Positions 1 through 11,400 of a DNA stretch of 56,409 bases are shown here, piece after piece. Source of the stretch: a virus (Duplodnaviria > Caudoviricetes); IMG/VR virus record IMGVR_UViG_3300023105_000040, positions 1-56,409 of that record, one strand, 5' to 3'. The translations under genes and the position numbers were made by a program. Under the pieces are notes generated by a model that saw only the letters and a program-made list of their open reading frames with translations, searched no databases and had not been told where the DNA came from. Every line of letters starts with the position of its first letter. Positions within the stretch are counted from its first letter, which is position 1.

Positions 1-2
1 TT

Positions 3-1448
3 ATTGACATAAAAAGACAAGAAGTTAAAATTATTCAAGAAAAAAATAGACTTGAAAAACAATCAATGGAGTCTTTGCTTGCTGGTGATATAGATAGCTT
101 TTTTGATGCCCAAGCGTCCCAAGGAGCTATTGACGCTCTTGCTGGTGGTGGCAACGTTGCTGATTTTGATGCAGACACTTTATACAGCGCGTTTGAGGAG
201 CTAAAAAGACAAGCAGCCGCTGGAGTTACGGAAGTTAATGGTCAGCAACTTCAAGGGCCGGGAGGCTTGCTTGAACGAGCAGCTGCCGCAACCGCCGAAG
301 CTCGCGGTCTTGATCCAGCACAAGCGGCTCTTGTTGCTCAAAAAGCAGTTGGACAAACACCCGCAGAGCAATCGGCAAATAATGAAATACAACAATTAGC
401 CGCAACTTTGCCTGCGTTTGGCGACATGGCCATGAATTCTTCTCGGGTGCAAATGGCCGCAGCCGAAGCTCAAAGACAAGCGGCTGAAATTCAAAAAGAA
501 GCAGCTGTTAAAAGATCTCAAGAAAACGCAGACAGAACATTGCCAAAACCAGACCCGCAACAGCCTCCACAGCAACAGCCTCCAGCAAGAACTTCTACGC
601 CTCCACCCGGATCTTCACCTCCTCCTGCTCCCGTTCCTCCGGTTGGGTCTGTTTCTGCCCCACCGCCCCCTTCTGGGTCTAGCTCGTCTGCGGGTTCTAC
701 GCCCCCTGCGCCCCCGTCTTCTACTGCCGACATCGCTGCCGCCGCCGCAGCTGCTGCTAGTCAGATACCTGCTTCAGTTAATGCAAACCAAGCGCCACCA
801 ACGCAAGACCCACAAACGATTGGTCAAGCTGTCGCTCAAGCTTTTAGTAACAATGCTCGCGATTTTGCTTCATTTGCAACTGCTGGTTATGTTAGGCCTA
901 GCCAAGAAAATGAATCGCAGGGCGTGGGTATTCGGCAGCTTGCCAACCTTAATCCAGCTATGGCTCTTGGTAATATGGCCGCTTCTAATCTTGGTTTAGA
1001 CACTCAAGCGTTAACTTCATTTACCAGCAATCAATTAGAATCTGTTTCTAATTTTGGCGCAGCCGTTAAACAGTTTGAATATATTGTTAAAGCCATGAAT
1101 ACAACAAACGGTTCAAATAATACTTCTGCTAATAATAATTCCCCTCAAGCTCTAGCTAGTAACAATAATTCTGCTATTGGGTTCGATACTTCTTCTATGA
1201 ATCAGTTTACTTCAGCTTTAAGCAAGTTTAACGACACGATTTTACAAAGCATAAGCACTCTACAACAAACTAAATTTACTGTTAAGTTAGAACCAACTAA
1301 TATTAACATCAATTTAACTGGAACCTCATTCCTGCAAACTCTTACTGGCGACTTAAAGTCTAGCTTGTTGAAGATAGTTAGCGAAAAAATAAGAAACCTT
1401 AAGGTAGACAGTGCCGGAAGAGTAATAGAAAGTAATAGTAATTTGTAA
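3..1448 (+). CDS. 5'-truncated large virion protein, probably the C-terminus of the tail tape measure protein
   Basis: Frame is open from position 3 (IDIKRQEVKIIQEKNRLEKQSM...). Ala/Gln-rich helical sequence with a Pro/Ser linker, ending in a TMP-like tail (VKLEPTNININLTG), directly upstream of tail-tip genes. Confidence 0.55.
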   Translation: MDIKRQEVKIIQEKNRLEKQSMESLLAGDIDSFFDAQASQGAIDALAGGGNVADFDADTLYSAFEELKRQAAAGVTEVNGQQLQGPGGLLERAAAATAEARGLDPAQAALVAQKAVGQTPAEQSANNEIQQLAATLPAFGDMAMNSSRVQMAAAEAQRQAAEIQKEAAVKRSQENADRTLPKPDPQQPPQQQPPARTSTPPPGSSPPPAPVPPVGSVSAPPPPSGSSSSAGSTPPAPPSSTADIAAAAAAAASQIPASVNANQAPPTQDPQTIGQAVAQAFSNNARDFASFATAGYVRPSQENESQGVGIRQLANLNPAMALGNMAASNLGLDTQALTSFTSNQLESVSNFGAAVKQFEYIVKAMNTTNGSNNTSANNNSPQALASNNNSAIGFDTSSMNQFTSALSKFNDTILQSISTLQQTKFTVKLEPTNININLTGTSFLQTLTGDLKSSLLKIVSEKIRNLKVDSAGRVIESNSNL

Positions 1449-4400
1449 TGGACGTATGTTTTATATTATCTAATAATAATTCTTCGAAAGCTAGGGGGAG
1501 CTTTAAACTTCTAGCTAAAGATAATTTACGTCAAAGGGCTAAAGCTAATTGTAAAATTAATTGTTCACTAAAAGCCAATATCACTAAGAATGTCTATCTT
1601 AAGTCTAAGCTAGACAGTCTTGTAAAATTCAAGACAACTAGAAAAGACACGCTTGCTGCTTCTGCTAAACCTGCAATATCCTCTAGCATTAGAGGCAAGC
1701 TTTCGGGAGTTTTTTTAAACTCGTCACATATTAAATGTGGATCAAATATCTCAATACCTTACGCGGATAAGCTTAATACCAGCATAACAACTAAAGATAA
1801 ACTTCAAGAATTTCAACCTGTTGAAAAACTTTATCCCATAGGCGATGTTTCAAATGATTATAATGGTAACTTTATCGTAAACGAAAAACGAGAAACTGTA
1901 CTTTATGAAAGCGTAAATGAAGGAATATATCTAGGAAATCCCACCAAAAATTTTGGTCATAGTGTTTTGGTTTCTGACGAGAAAGAAACATTTATACATC
2001 CATCTTCTATTTACTCCAATGGAACATTTAAGTACGTATGCGTGGTAGACACTCCTTCTTCTGTTCCCACTCATAGCTTTTTGCACATACGGGCCGCTGC
2101 TCCAATAAAAAACTACGCTTCTAATTTTCCACCTTCTTACAAGCTTTACGAAATCTATCTTAGAGATACTGGAGGAAAAGAAGTTATTAAATACAAGGAC
2201 GTTACAGTAAAAGGAGACGCTGATTATCAAGACTTGAGTAATAAAAATTTTTCTACATACATAGTTGATGAAGAAATCAATAACGCCAGAAGGCTTTTCA
2301 GCGACCCCTTATTCCCCACCTTTGATAACACCTCTACAAGCATTAAAACTCAGAGTGGCGATATTTTAATCACTCAAGATGGTTCTCAGATAGTTTCCCA
2401 AAGGGGAGATTTTACGTTAGAGTTTTTACTTGATATCTATTGTGAAGACAAGTCATTTAGCGACGGCTTTAGTCAGGGTTACGAAGACAAGGTTTGCGAA
2501 ACAAATTTTCCAAACACCTCTGAGAACAACCACCTTTCTGTCGCTGGTGGCCCACTTAGCTCTCAGTCTCTATCTCATCAAATAAATCCTTCTGATCACA
2601 TTAGAATTACCGCAATAGAGATAGTAAACTCTGGAAGCTCTTTTGGTTTTTCTGCCTCTGATGTTATACCCTTGTCAGTAGAAGTTGACTCTTCCGGTCA
2701 AAGGCTTAGTCGTGAGATATTAGTCAGTAATATTGAACTAAATAATTACACAAATAATATTTATCCAGAAACAATCAATAATTCTTGGGAGTCTATTAAT
2801 AGCGTTAATAATAATAGCGAGGAAGGCTGCTCTGGTATAAGAAACGTTCTAAGGTCTTATGACACCAAAGATTACATCACATTAAACCACACCAGTATCT
2901 CTGAGTCAGGAAAGTTAATACTAGAGTTTTCTCACGAACCTCCGCGCCCAATAGAGAGATATATCAATGGCGCTTTTAAAATTGGCTTTAATTCAGAAAA
3001 TAAAGAGTTTGATTATGCCGGATACAAAACGGTGCAGGAGACTGATTCTTACTTTGAAATAGATGATATATACCTAAAGGTCATTGCTAAAAAAGATGCA
3101 AACAATACAGAAGATTTTTACCTAGATGTTGTGGGATACAGTGATGATAATTTCCTTGCTGTCACTTCTAGAGTAGGAGGATTCTTACAAAACATAAGCG
3201 GGACAGGAAGTGAGCCACTTGCTTCTGGTTTTATTAGATCTGACGAGTTATCTATTTCTTCAGAATCATTTTCTGAAAAAGATGAATTCTATGTTCGGTC
3301 TGACTTACACAACGCTGGTGGAGATCATTACTTGGTAGACCAGTCTAGCTCTGCACATGTAACATCAACAGATTTTCAAGAATATCTTGTACCTTTAAAA
3401 ATTTACAAAAACTCTATCTTAAATAAGAATCAAAACTTTAACATCAGTTCTTTCTTCGAACACTTGCATTTGGATTTATGCCCAATCCCAAGCGGTGCTT
3501 CTATAGCATACATATCATTACTTGCTTTTTATAAACCCTCAAACGCCATCCCTTTGTACACTCTTGGCTACAAAGGCGCAGAGGTCGGTAGCGCTGACGC
3601 TAAACTCTTTCCTTCGTCTAGAAAAGAAGATGATAATCCAATTAATACTGGATTAGATTATGCGCCCCTTTCTTCTTTAAGCAATATTCCTCACGGCTAC
3701 GGTTTTGATAACTCTTTAAAAACAAATTACTCCCGAAGGTGGAGAAACGCAGACGGTTTAGTTGCTGTTGGTCCATTTGATTTCAATGAGTTTGATTTTT
3801 CATTTTATAACCCGCAGCTTGCTAAACCATTTTTTGGTGGATATTTCTCATTCAATGATGATGTTGGAAATAATATTATTTCTGAAGAAATGTACGACTT
3901 GGTAACAGTTCAGGGTTCTTATATTGGAAACTATGACAAGATTCACAACGTCGGACTAAGATTTAATTCTAACTCTCTTTTTAATAATCAAACTAGTCAC
4001 ACCACAATAGACTGGACAAGTATTAATGGATATCAAAGTGATCCACTGTACGGACAAATAGCCGACTCTTTTGATAACGCAATTAGGGTGTCTGGAGATC
4101 TTGGTTACATTTCTTTTCCCACCATCGATCTTTCAGATGGCTGTGCTATTTTTGTTAGATTTAGTCCAGACGTTTCAATGAGCGGAATTGGCTACAATTT
4201 GTATAATTCTGGAATTATATTTTCAAAGCATGATACAGGAAATAATTTGGAATTAGCACTCGGTTATGACAATGGATATTTAACAGCTTACGCGACAGAC
4301 TCTAGTAATAATATTATTTCTATTCAGGATTCTATTCCATACTCTGATTATACCTACCCTTTATCTGTCTTAGTTACCTATAATAATAACAATGACAGTA

Positions 4401-5467
4401 AATTGGTTCTTTACACAGACAACGAAAAGGACTCTTATGGATTTAGCAGACTTAGAGCAGAATCAGACACATTTGTTATTACTCAGAGTTTGAGTGATTT
4501 AACTTTTGGGTTTAGTCATGGCGAGGATATTGGGTTTAATGGATTTATTACAGATATTGCAATTTCTGCACCAAGCACTCAGGTTATTGATGTTCCACTC
4601 TCTTTTAATCCAGATACATTTTTAGATTCTATTCATACCAAATACTGGTCTCAGTCTGAAAGCCATCTACAGGACACCAATACTTCGTGGTCTTATGTAG
4701 ACAAAGACTTAGACGAGTGGCATTTGGGAGCTTTTAATATCTGTGAATTCTCACCATCTTTTGATAGATTTACCAGCAGATTTGGCAAAGATTATGTTAT
4801 ACACAGAATAAAGAGCGACGGAGTTGCTTATAGTCAACATGCGAACCTTTCTTTACCGCAAAGCGTGGACACTTCCACCTCTTATCATACTCAGATTGAA
4901 AATGATATGTTGCGTTTGCCTCTTTCTGCTAAACCAGAATCTTTTGCTTCTCCCGGTGTTATGGAGGGCGTTCGTCCTAGAATATCAAACTCATTTGTTA
5001 GAGGGTATTCTATGTTCGAAGAAGCTTTTGTTGTCGATACCGTCATAGATCACGTAACATATAATGATATCATATGGAACAATGGTAAAATAGGCCCAAA
5101 ACTAATTGTTAGTTTATATAGCAAGAATAAGGATGATCCAGAAAAGCCATACAAAAATCTTGGCCTGATTAATCGTTCTACTCATTATTTGGCTCCATCT
5201 GGATGTATAAACAAAATTAGTAGCAAGTTTAGTTTTGAAGATTTATTTAACGAAGATAGCGAGGAGTGGTGCAGTTTCGATCAATCTCAAAACAGTAGTG
5301 AGCTTGATAATAAATTTATGTCCAAAGATATTGAAGACATGTTTCTTCAGTATGACATTGTTTATCCTTCTGGCCTGCCTTACGATTCAAGTTTAAGTAT
5401 TTATGGAATTACAGTAACATTAACAGAAGCTTTACACAAAGCAAGAACTCTTAACAATTTGACATAG
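1448..5467 (+). CDS. Large tail/virion protein with a LamG/concanavalin-A-like domain
   Basis: 1339-aa beta-rich ORF. The segment AIFVRFSP...GIIFSKHD...LALGYDNGYL...VLVTYNN...LVLYTD...FNGFITDIAIS follows the LamG-like jellyroll pattern. Lies in the structural operon. Confidence 0.6.
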   Translation: MDVCFILSNNNSSKARGSFKLLAKDNLRQRAKANCKINCSLKANITKNVYLKSKLDSLVKFKTTRKDTLAASAKPAISSSIRGKLSGVFLNSSHIKCGSNISIPYADKLNTSITTKDKLQEFQPVEKLYPIGDVSNDYNGNFIVNEKRETVLYESVNEGIYLGNPTKNFGHSVLVSDEKETFIHPSSIYSNGTFKYVCVVDTPSSVPTHSFLHIRAAAPIKNYASNFPPSYKLYEIYLRDTGGKEVIKYKDVTVKGDADYQDLSNKNFSTYIVDEEINNARRLFSDPLFPTFDNTSTSIKTQSGDILITQDGSQIVSQRGDFTLEFLLDIYCEDKSFSDGFSQGYEDKVCETNFPNTSENNHLSVAGGPLSSQSLSHQINPSDHIRITAIEIVNSGSSFGFSASDVIPLSVEVDSSGQRLSREILVSNIELNNYTNNIYPETINNSWESINSVNNNSEEGCSGIRNVLRSYDTKDYITLNHTSISESGKLILEFSHEPPRPIERYINGAFKIGFNSENKEFDYAGYKTVQETDSYFEIDDIYLKVIAKKDANNTEDFYLDVVGYSDDNFLAVTSRVGGFLQNISGTGSEPLASGFIRSDELSISSESFSEKDEFYVRSDLHNAGGDHYLVDQSSSAHVTSTDFQEYLVPLKIYKNSILNKNQNFNISSFFEHLHLDLCPIPSGASIAYISLLAFYKPSNAIPLYTLGYKGAEVGSADAKLFPSSRKEDDNPINTGLDYAPLSSLSNIPHGYGFDNSLKTNYSRRWRNADGLVAVGPFDFNEFDFSFYNPQLAKPFFGGYFSFNDDVGNNIISEEMYDLVTVQGSYIGNYDKIHNVGLRFNSNSLFNNQTSHTTIDWTSINGYQSDPLYGQIADSFDNAIRVSGDLGYISFPTIDLSDGCAIFVRFSPDVSMSGIGYNLYNSGIIFSKHDTGNNLELALGYDNGYLTAYATDSSNNIISIQDSIPYSDYTYPLSVLVTYNNNNDSKLVLYTDNEKDSYGFSRLRAESDTFVITQSLSDLTFGFSHGEDIGFNGFITDIAISAPSTQVIDVPLSFNPDTFLDSIHTKYWSQSESHLQDTNTSWSYVDKDLDEWHLGAFNICEFSPSFDRFTSRFGKDYVIHRIKSDGVAYSQHANLSLPQSVDTSTSYHTQIENDMLRLPLSAKPESFASPGVMEGVRPRISNSFVRGYSMFEEAFVVDTVIDHVTYNDIIWNNGKIGPKLIVSLYSKNKDDPEKPYKNLGLINRSTHYLAPSGCINKISSKFSFEDLFNEDSEEWCSFDQSQNSSELDNKFMSKDIEDMFLQYDIVYPSGLPYDSSLSIYGITVTLTEALHKARTLNNLT

Positions 5468-5476
5468 GATAATAAA

Positions 5477-8400
5477 ATGGCAGGTTTTAATTTATTCGTT
5501 GGCGGTGATTACTACCAAAAAGATGATATTAATCTTTTTGTCAACGGCAAGGAATATTCTTATGATCAATTGAATTTATATCATTCTGGACAGACACCTC
5601 CAGAATATGAAATGAACCTTTATGCTTCTGGCGATAATGTTTATTACTCCTCCATGTCTCTTCATACCCTGACAACATTTTCTTTTAACAATCCTTTCAT
5701 AAACCAAGACGATGACGACGGGGGAGGAGAAGGAGGCGGCGATGGAGACGGCGGGGGCGATAATAATTTAGATCCATTTGACTATATGCCCATATTTGTT
5801 AATGGTGCTGAAAATATACTTTCAGACGAAGACAACCCTTATCTCAACTTGTTTGTAGCCAAAGATAATCCACCCGGACTGCCGGTGGACAATTTATTAC
5901 ATTTAAGCATTGACGTTGCTGACTATAGCGTTTCAGATTCATCATTGATGCTTTCTTTGTGGCAGCTTGAGTTCTCAAGAACTCCTGTTGAAACTTCTTC
6001 ATGCAGCTTATATATTTCTGGCTTTTTTCAAGAAGCGCCTGCTGCTGAAGGAATGTCTCTATATATTGAAAATTATGTATCATTTCAAAACATTTCTGAT
6101 AGCCTTGGTTTATTTTTGGCTAATAATTATTTAATTAAATGGGACTCTTATGACTTTGGCTTGAATTCTGAGCCTAACGACGATGTTTACGCAACCGTTC
6201 CCGCAACAGACGCTATTCGTGGTGTTCAACTTATTTGTTATGGAGGTTGCGGTCAAGGTACTTGCGAAGACGTAAGCGTTGAAACTCATGACACTGTTTG
6301 GTTTGATCCAGTTTGTGTTGATGGTGGCATTCTTAGAGCCTCAGATGTTTATACTAATTTAGACATAAACGCCTTTGGATCTGAAGTTCCTTACAGTGGG
6401 CATTTTTATGGTTTTAGAAAACTCGACAAGTTATTGCCTTTGCAAAAATATTTCATAAATATTATAGGCCAATCTGGATCTTCAGCAAAGATTACTGCTC
6501 CCAAAGAATTAGCCAGCTGGGAATATACCATTGATGGTAGCGACGTTGCTTACTCTGGATTGAAGCTTATTGGTGATAGCCCATTTGTGCAGAACGGAAG
6601 GAATGCTGGAGATCAGTATGGTAGCAGTCTTTCTATGAATGGAGATTTACTCGCTGTTGGATCTCCCCACTTTTCTTTTCAAGACGAGCTGGGGTACACC
6701 CTTCAAGATGCAGGAACAGTCTTTCTTTATAGGCGAGGTCCAGAGCCTGATTTTGACCAAATTGTTAGCAACAAAGCTGGATGGTATTTAGAAGGACAAT
6801 TGAGGCTTCCGTCTGGAATACTGAGAGATTATTACACTGACACTCCAACAACCCAAGAAGATGGAATTGATATTATTTTGAGGAATTGGAACCTTGGTCA
6901 AGAAGGAAGAAATTTTGGAAATAATATTCATATATGCTCTGTTCCAAACGATGACCCTTGGATTAATAGCGATAATAGAGAAATAATTGCAGTTTCTGCT
7001 CCAAACGCCCAGTGGTCTAGAACATTTCCTGACTTACAAGTACAAAGCAATGATATAATTTTCTTTGTTTTTACCGACGAATTTTTGCCTAGCTTTACTG
7101 TGACAATAAGGGGCGAGGAATACACGCTAACCTACAGGGACATTGTTAAATCTATTACTTCTAAAAATCTATTGTATACTTATTACTCGCTACCAACCAT
7201 CTCTTTGAATATAAATATCGTGATATTTCATCCGATTGATCCAGACATACAGCCAAGCCCAAGTTTCCCAGAACCACAACCTTCTTTTATTGTCAAAAAA
7301 CCAATCACTAGACATAGAGAAGAGGCTTATGGTAGTCAAGAATTCTTAGACATAGACGATGAAATATTAGATCAAATAAAAAATGCTTTCTATGAACTTT
7401 ATCCATATGATACAAACAAGCAGCACAATAATATACCAGCAATCTTGGGCGTGTATGTTGATAACTCTAGATCTTTAGGTTCTTCAGCAATAGAGCCAGC
7501 CCTTAGCAGGTTTAAAGAACATTACCAAGAATACGCCTTCCAAAGTGGCGTTACGGATGTTTTTGGAAATCCTTCATCTGGAGCCGTACTTTCTACTACC
7601 TCTTTGGATGAAAATTGGATTTTACAAACAACTACTGTCATTGACTTCACGCTAGACAGCGGAAGACTTGCTACTAATAATCATTTAAGTCTTTTGACAG
7701 ACCCTTCTACTTTTGGAGTTTTCAATGAAAATCTCCCTGAGTTTAACATTCCACCCAGTAGCGGTGGTTGTGTTTACTTATTCGAAAAAGAATCTGATTC
7801 TTGGAACTTGATTCAACAAATTAATTCTCCCACCGAAGACAATACTATCACTCCTGATCTGTTTGGTAAATCTATTAAGATGAGTGAAGATGGATCTATT
7901 TTGGCAATAGGATCTCCGTATATCAATGAAGCTATAATGGTTTACGAGAGAGACCCAAGAGAACAACATAGAATGTATAGCAATATTGAAAGTTGGGTAG
8001 ATTATCATTTAGAAAAAGACGAGCTAAACGAAAGATATGCTTATTTAAAGTTCACTATAGAAAATTTGAGAGCTTCTGGTAATTTCATAGACGGAGATTC
8101 TGGTGTATACAGATCTTTATTCTTTGAGCTTTCACATCAGGAAAAATACGACTACAGACACGATGTTGATTTCTGGGGTGATAAGCCAATACAAGAATAC
8201 AAGCACAATTTCACCTATAGTTATACAGACATCGACTACAAGGGTACTTACTTAAGTTTATTAGAAGAGTTTGCACCAACTTCTAGAATGGGATACAGCG
8301 TAGCCGTAGAAGACGCTGGAGAATCTGTAGCATTCGGTTGTCCAACTGATAGTTTAGACGAGTTAGATGACACAAACTCGTATTACAACCCCGACAATTC

Positions 8401-11400
8401 CGGCCAGATACTATGGCCTTCCTATGTTAATGCTGGAGCTGTTAGAGTTTTAGATTCTATTAAGTATTTTAGGCATAATCGTGTTGTAGAATATTCAAAG
8501 TTTGGAAACAAAGATAAAGCTTTATATGAACAGAGCTTCCCAGAATCGTTCGATCATTTTTCAAATTTATTTAGTCCTTCTGGAATATCTTTCAATAGAA
8601 CAGACTTTAGCGACTTTGAGATACCTGAAGACGCTGGGATGTTAATGATCATTTGCCCAGAGGTAGATTTTAGTAATATCGAAGTGATGAATAGAATTAA
8701 AAACTGGTTAAATCTTGGTGATAGAAATTTAGTTCTTGTTGGCAACGATGGAAATTTCGAGCAAGCCGGAAGATTTAATCAATCTAATCCTATTTTGAAC
8801 AACATACTTTCAAAATTAGATTCTTCTATGAGACTAGTTAACACCCCCAATACTGAAAGTGCTGCTCTTAGCACTCAGGGTTCTTGTCCTCTTAGGCCAA
8901 ATATACTACCTTCCTTTAGGCCAGAAAATTCTATAGATACATATGTTGACACAAGCGCTAATATCTTTGGAAACGGAGTTGCAGATATTAGAATTCACGC
9001 CCCAGATGTTTATGAATACTATACATGCTCAGAGTATTACAGACAGCACAACGACTACTGTTCTCCACCCCTGACTCACTCTGGCGATTTAAGAACTAAC
9101 TGGAATAGTGAAGACGGCGTAATGAATTGGCCTAATTTATTTGCAGAGCGATTCCCCGGCAAGCAACCTCCAGTTCCATTAATGGTAGCTGGATATTACA
9201 AAGAACCACAGGTAGTAAACATTCCCGCCATACCGCCAACCTCTGGTCTTTTTCAGTATTACGATTACGTGCAAACAGATGTTTCTCCAGCCTACGGAAA
9301 TCTTACCACGGGAGAAATTGAATTTGGATGGACAGAAGAGTTAGAGCTTTACAATAGTTTAAATACAAATGTAAATTTAAATTCTAATACTAACAAGTTT
9401 TTTAATCCTCCCTACAAGATGGGCTTAAATCCTATATTACAATCCAAATCCTCTAATGGCATTGACACAACCCTTGGAGAGGTCGTGGTTTCTGATGCGT
9501 GTCACTTAGCTGCGTCTGAGAGCATTCCAGAGACTAAAAATAGTCAATTATTTTTAATAGGAACTTTAGCTACTGAAAATCTAGAAATTCTTTACACTGG
9601 CCTCGGTGATAAAAACATTAACTTCTACTTTAATATGGTTGCTAAAAACCGATTTGGTTCTTCTTACGTGGCCCAAATAAATTCTTGGGCTGGTCGCTCT
9701 GGCTTCAAGGACGCTAATCCAGATTCTATCATCGAGCTTGTTCTAAGGAATACTGGAAACACAGTTTCAACCAATGTTAGTTTGTCTCAACTAATTTCTG
9801 GACATCCTAACGGAAATAGATACGATGTTTGCTGGGTTGCCAATCCCCTTAATGCCCCATCGGATCAAGAGATCGAGACACTTAAAAAATGGCTTAATCA
9901 AGAAGATAAAAAAATAATCGTAACTTATGATAACGAGATTTCGGCAAAGAATGCAGAAATATTGCTAGAAAAACTTGGCTTAACCATGAAGCCGCTTTAT
10001 CTAACAAACAAGTCTAGATATGCACATAATACGCAAGACGTTGATTACAATAATAGAAACTTTTATTTTCTACAAAGATTCGAAACAAGTTTAAGTAGAT
10101 TTTATCCCGACATCAATCCTTATAACTATCGCGCTAGATATGGCTTTATTCCAAGTAGAGATGATATTTATGAAATTACATTAGACACAAGAACTTCTAA
10201 TTTTATACCTATTAATCTTCAGAATGGAACAGCTATAGCATCTCTGAATCATGGAATTGTTGATGATAAATTTTATGATTTGGGCTTTTACTACATGAAG
10301 AGTGGCACTGCCCGTATTTCTTTCCCCGTTCGGCCCAACACTGCTTACAGAGTCTTTTTAGATACCGCTGCTTATTCATTCTATGAAAAAGAACCTCTAA
10401 CCGTTTACGTGACCAATTGCAACGCTTTACCTAGCTTTACTTCTCCCTTTATTCCCCCCGATCAAGACATTTACAATTTAAATTCTGATGATACTTTTAG
10501 TTCTGTGTTTCATGGCCCAGTTGGCGTTATTTCTCAAATTGGAGGAAGGAGTCAAGACACCTTACTTAAATCTAATATTATAGAATTCCACACTCTTCCC
10601 GGTGTAGATGAAGTGTCTTTCTTTATTTCTGGCAATAGCTCTCGGGTTGGCTTTAAGTATGATGAAGCGCCAAGCACGGTTGCTTTAGTTGGAATTTCTG
10701 GAGCGTTAGTTGACGTAATAGAATCTCCACTAATGTCTCGCGTTCCTAGATACGAGTGGGAGATTACAGATCCGGGTTCTGAGGCTTTTACTACTACTGT
10801 AGAGTTTCCCGACCCATTTCCAATGAACTCTAATAGCAATAAATATTGCCCCGGCAATGTTGATTTCTTTAGGCTAGATGATTGTAGCAATATTTTTGAA
10901 GATGCTAAAATCAACGATGGTCCAGTAGTGGTTGCTCAGGAGTTGTATTATGGCAGTCCTACAAGGCAGGGTATAAATCAATCTAGAATTACGCTAATTA
11001 GTGATGCTAGCATTATTGAGGGTCCATGCATCTTCCGTAGCGGAGAAGTAATAGAGGAAAATGCAAACTTTATTAGAAGTCTTTACCCAGACACTGTTTT
11101 TCCAGAAAATGAAAATTCTAAGCTTTTTTCTGCCACTTCGGTTACCAAAATTATCGCTCCAGAAAGAAGTAGCCCTGCGCGGCTGTTTGCTAACATTGGC
11201 AACAGCGGCTTGATAGAAAGGTTTATTCCAGAAAATAATCCTATAGTAAACTCTGGTAATAATCTTTACATGTTCAATGAAACCTTAAACTATGAAACGG
11301 CTCAACGTCCAGATTTAACAAGTGAAAATTCTTCAGCTGTGTTTTCTAAATTTAGAGATAGTCAAAACTTTTATGGATCTAATTCAAAGTTCAATCAAGA

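Noticed and set aside
5708-5763. G-rich GAC/GGC/GGA repeat as a regulatory or contingency repeat
   Set aside because: Explained by an in-frame Asp/Gly linker with varied codons.
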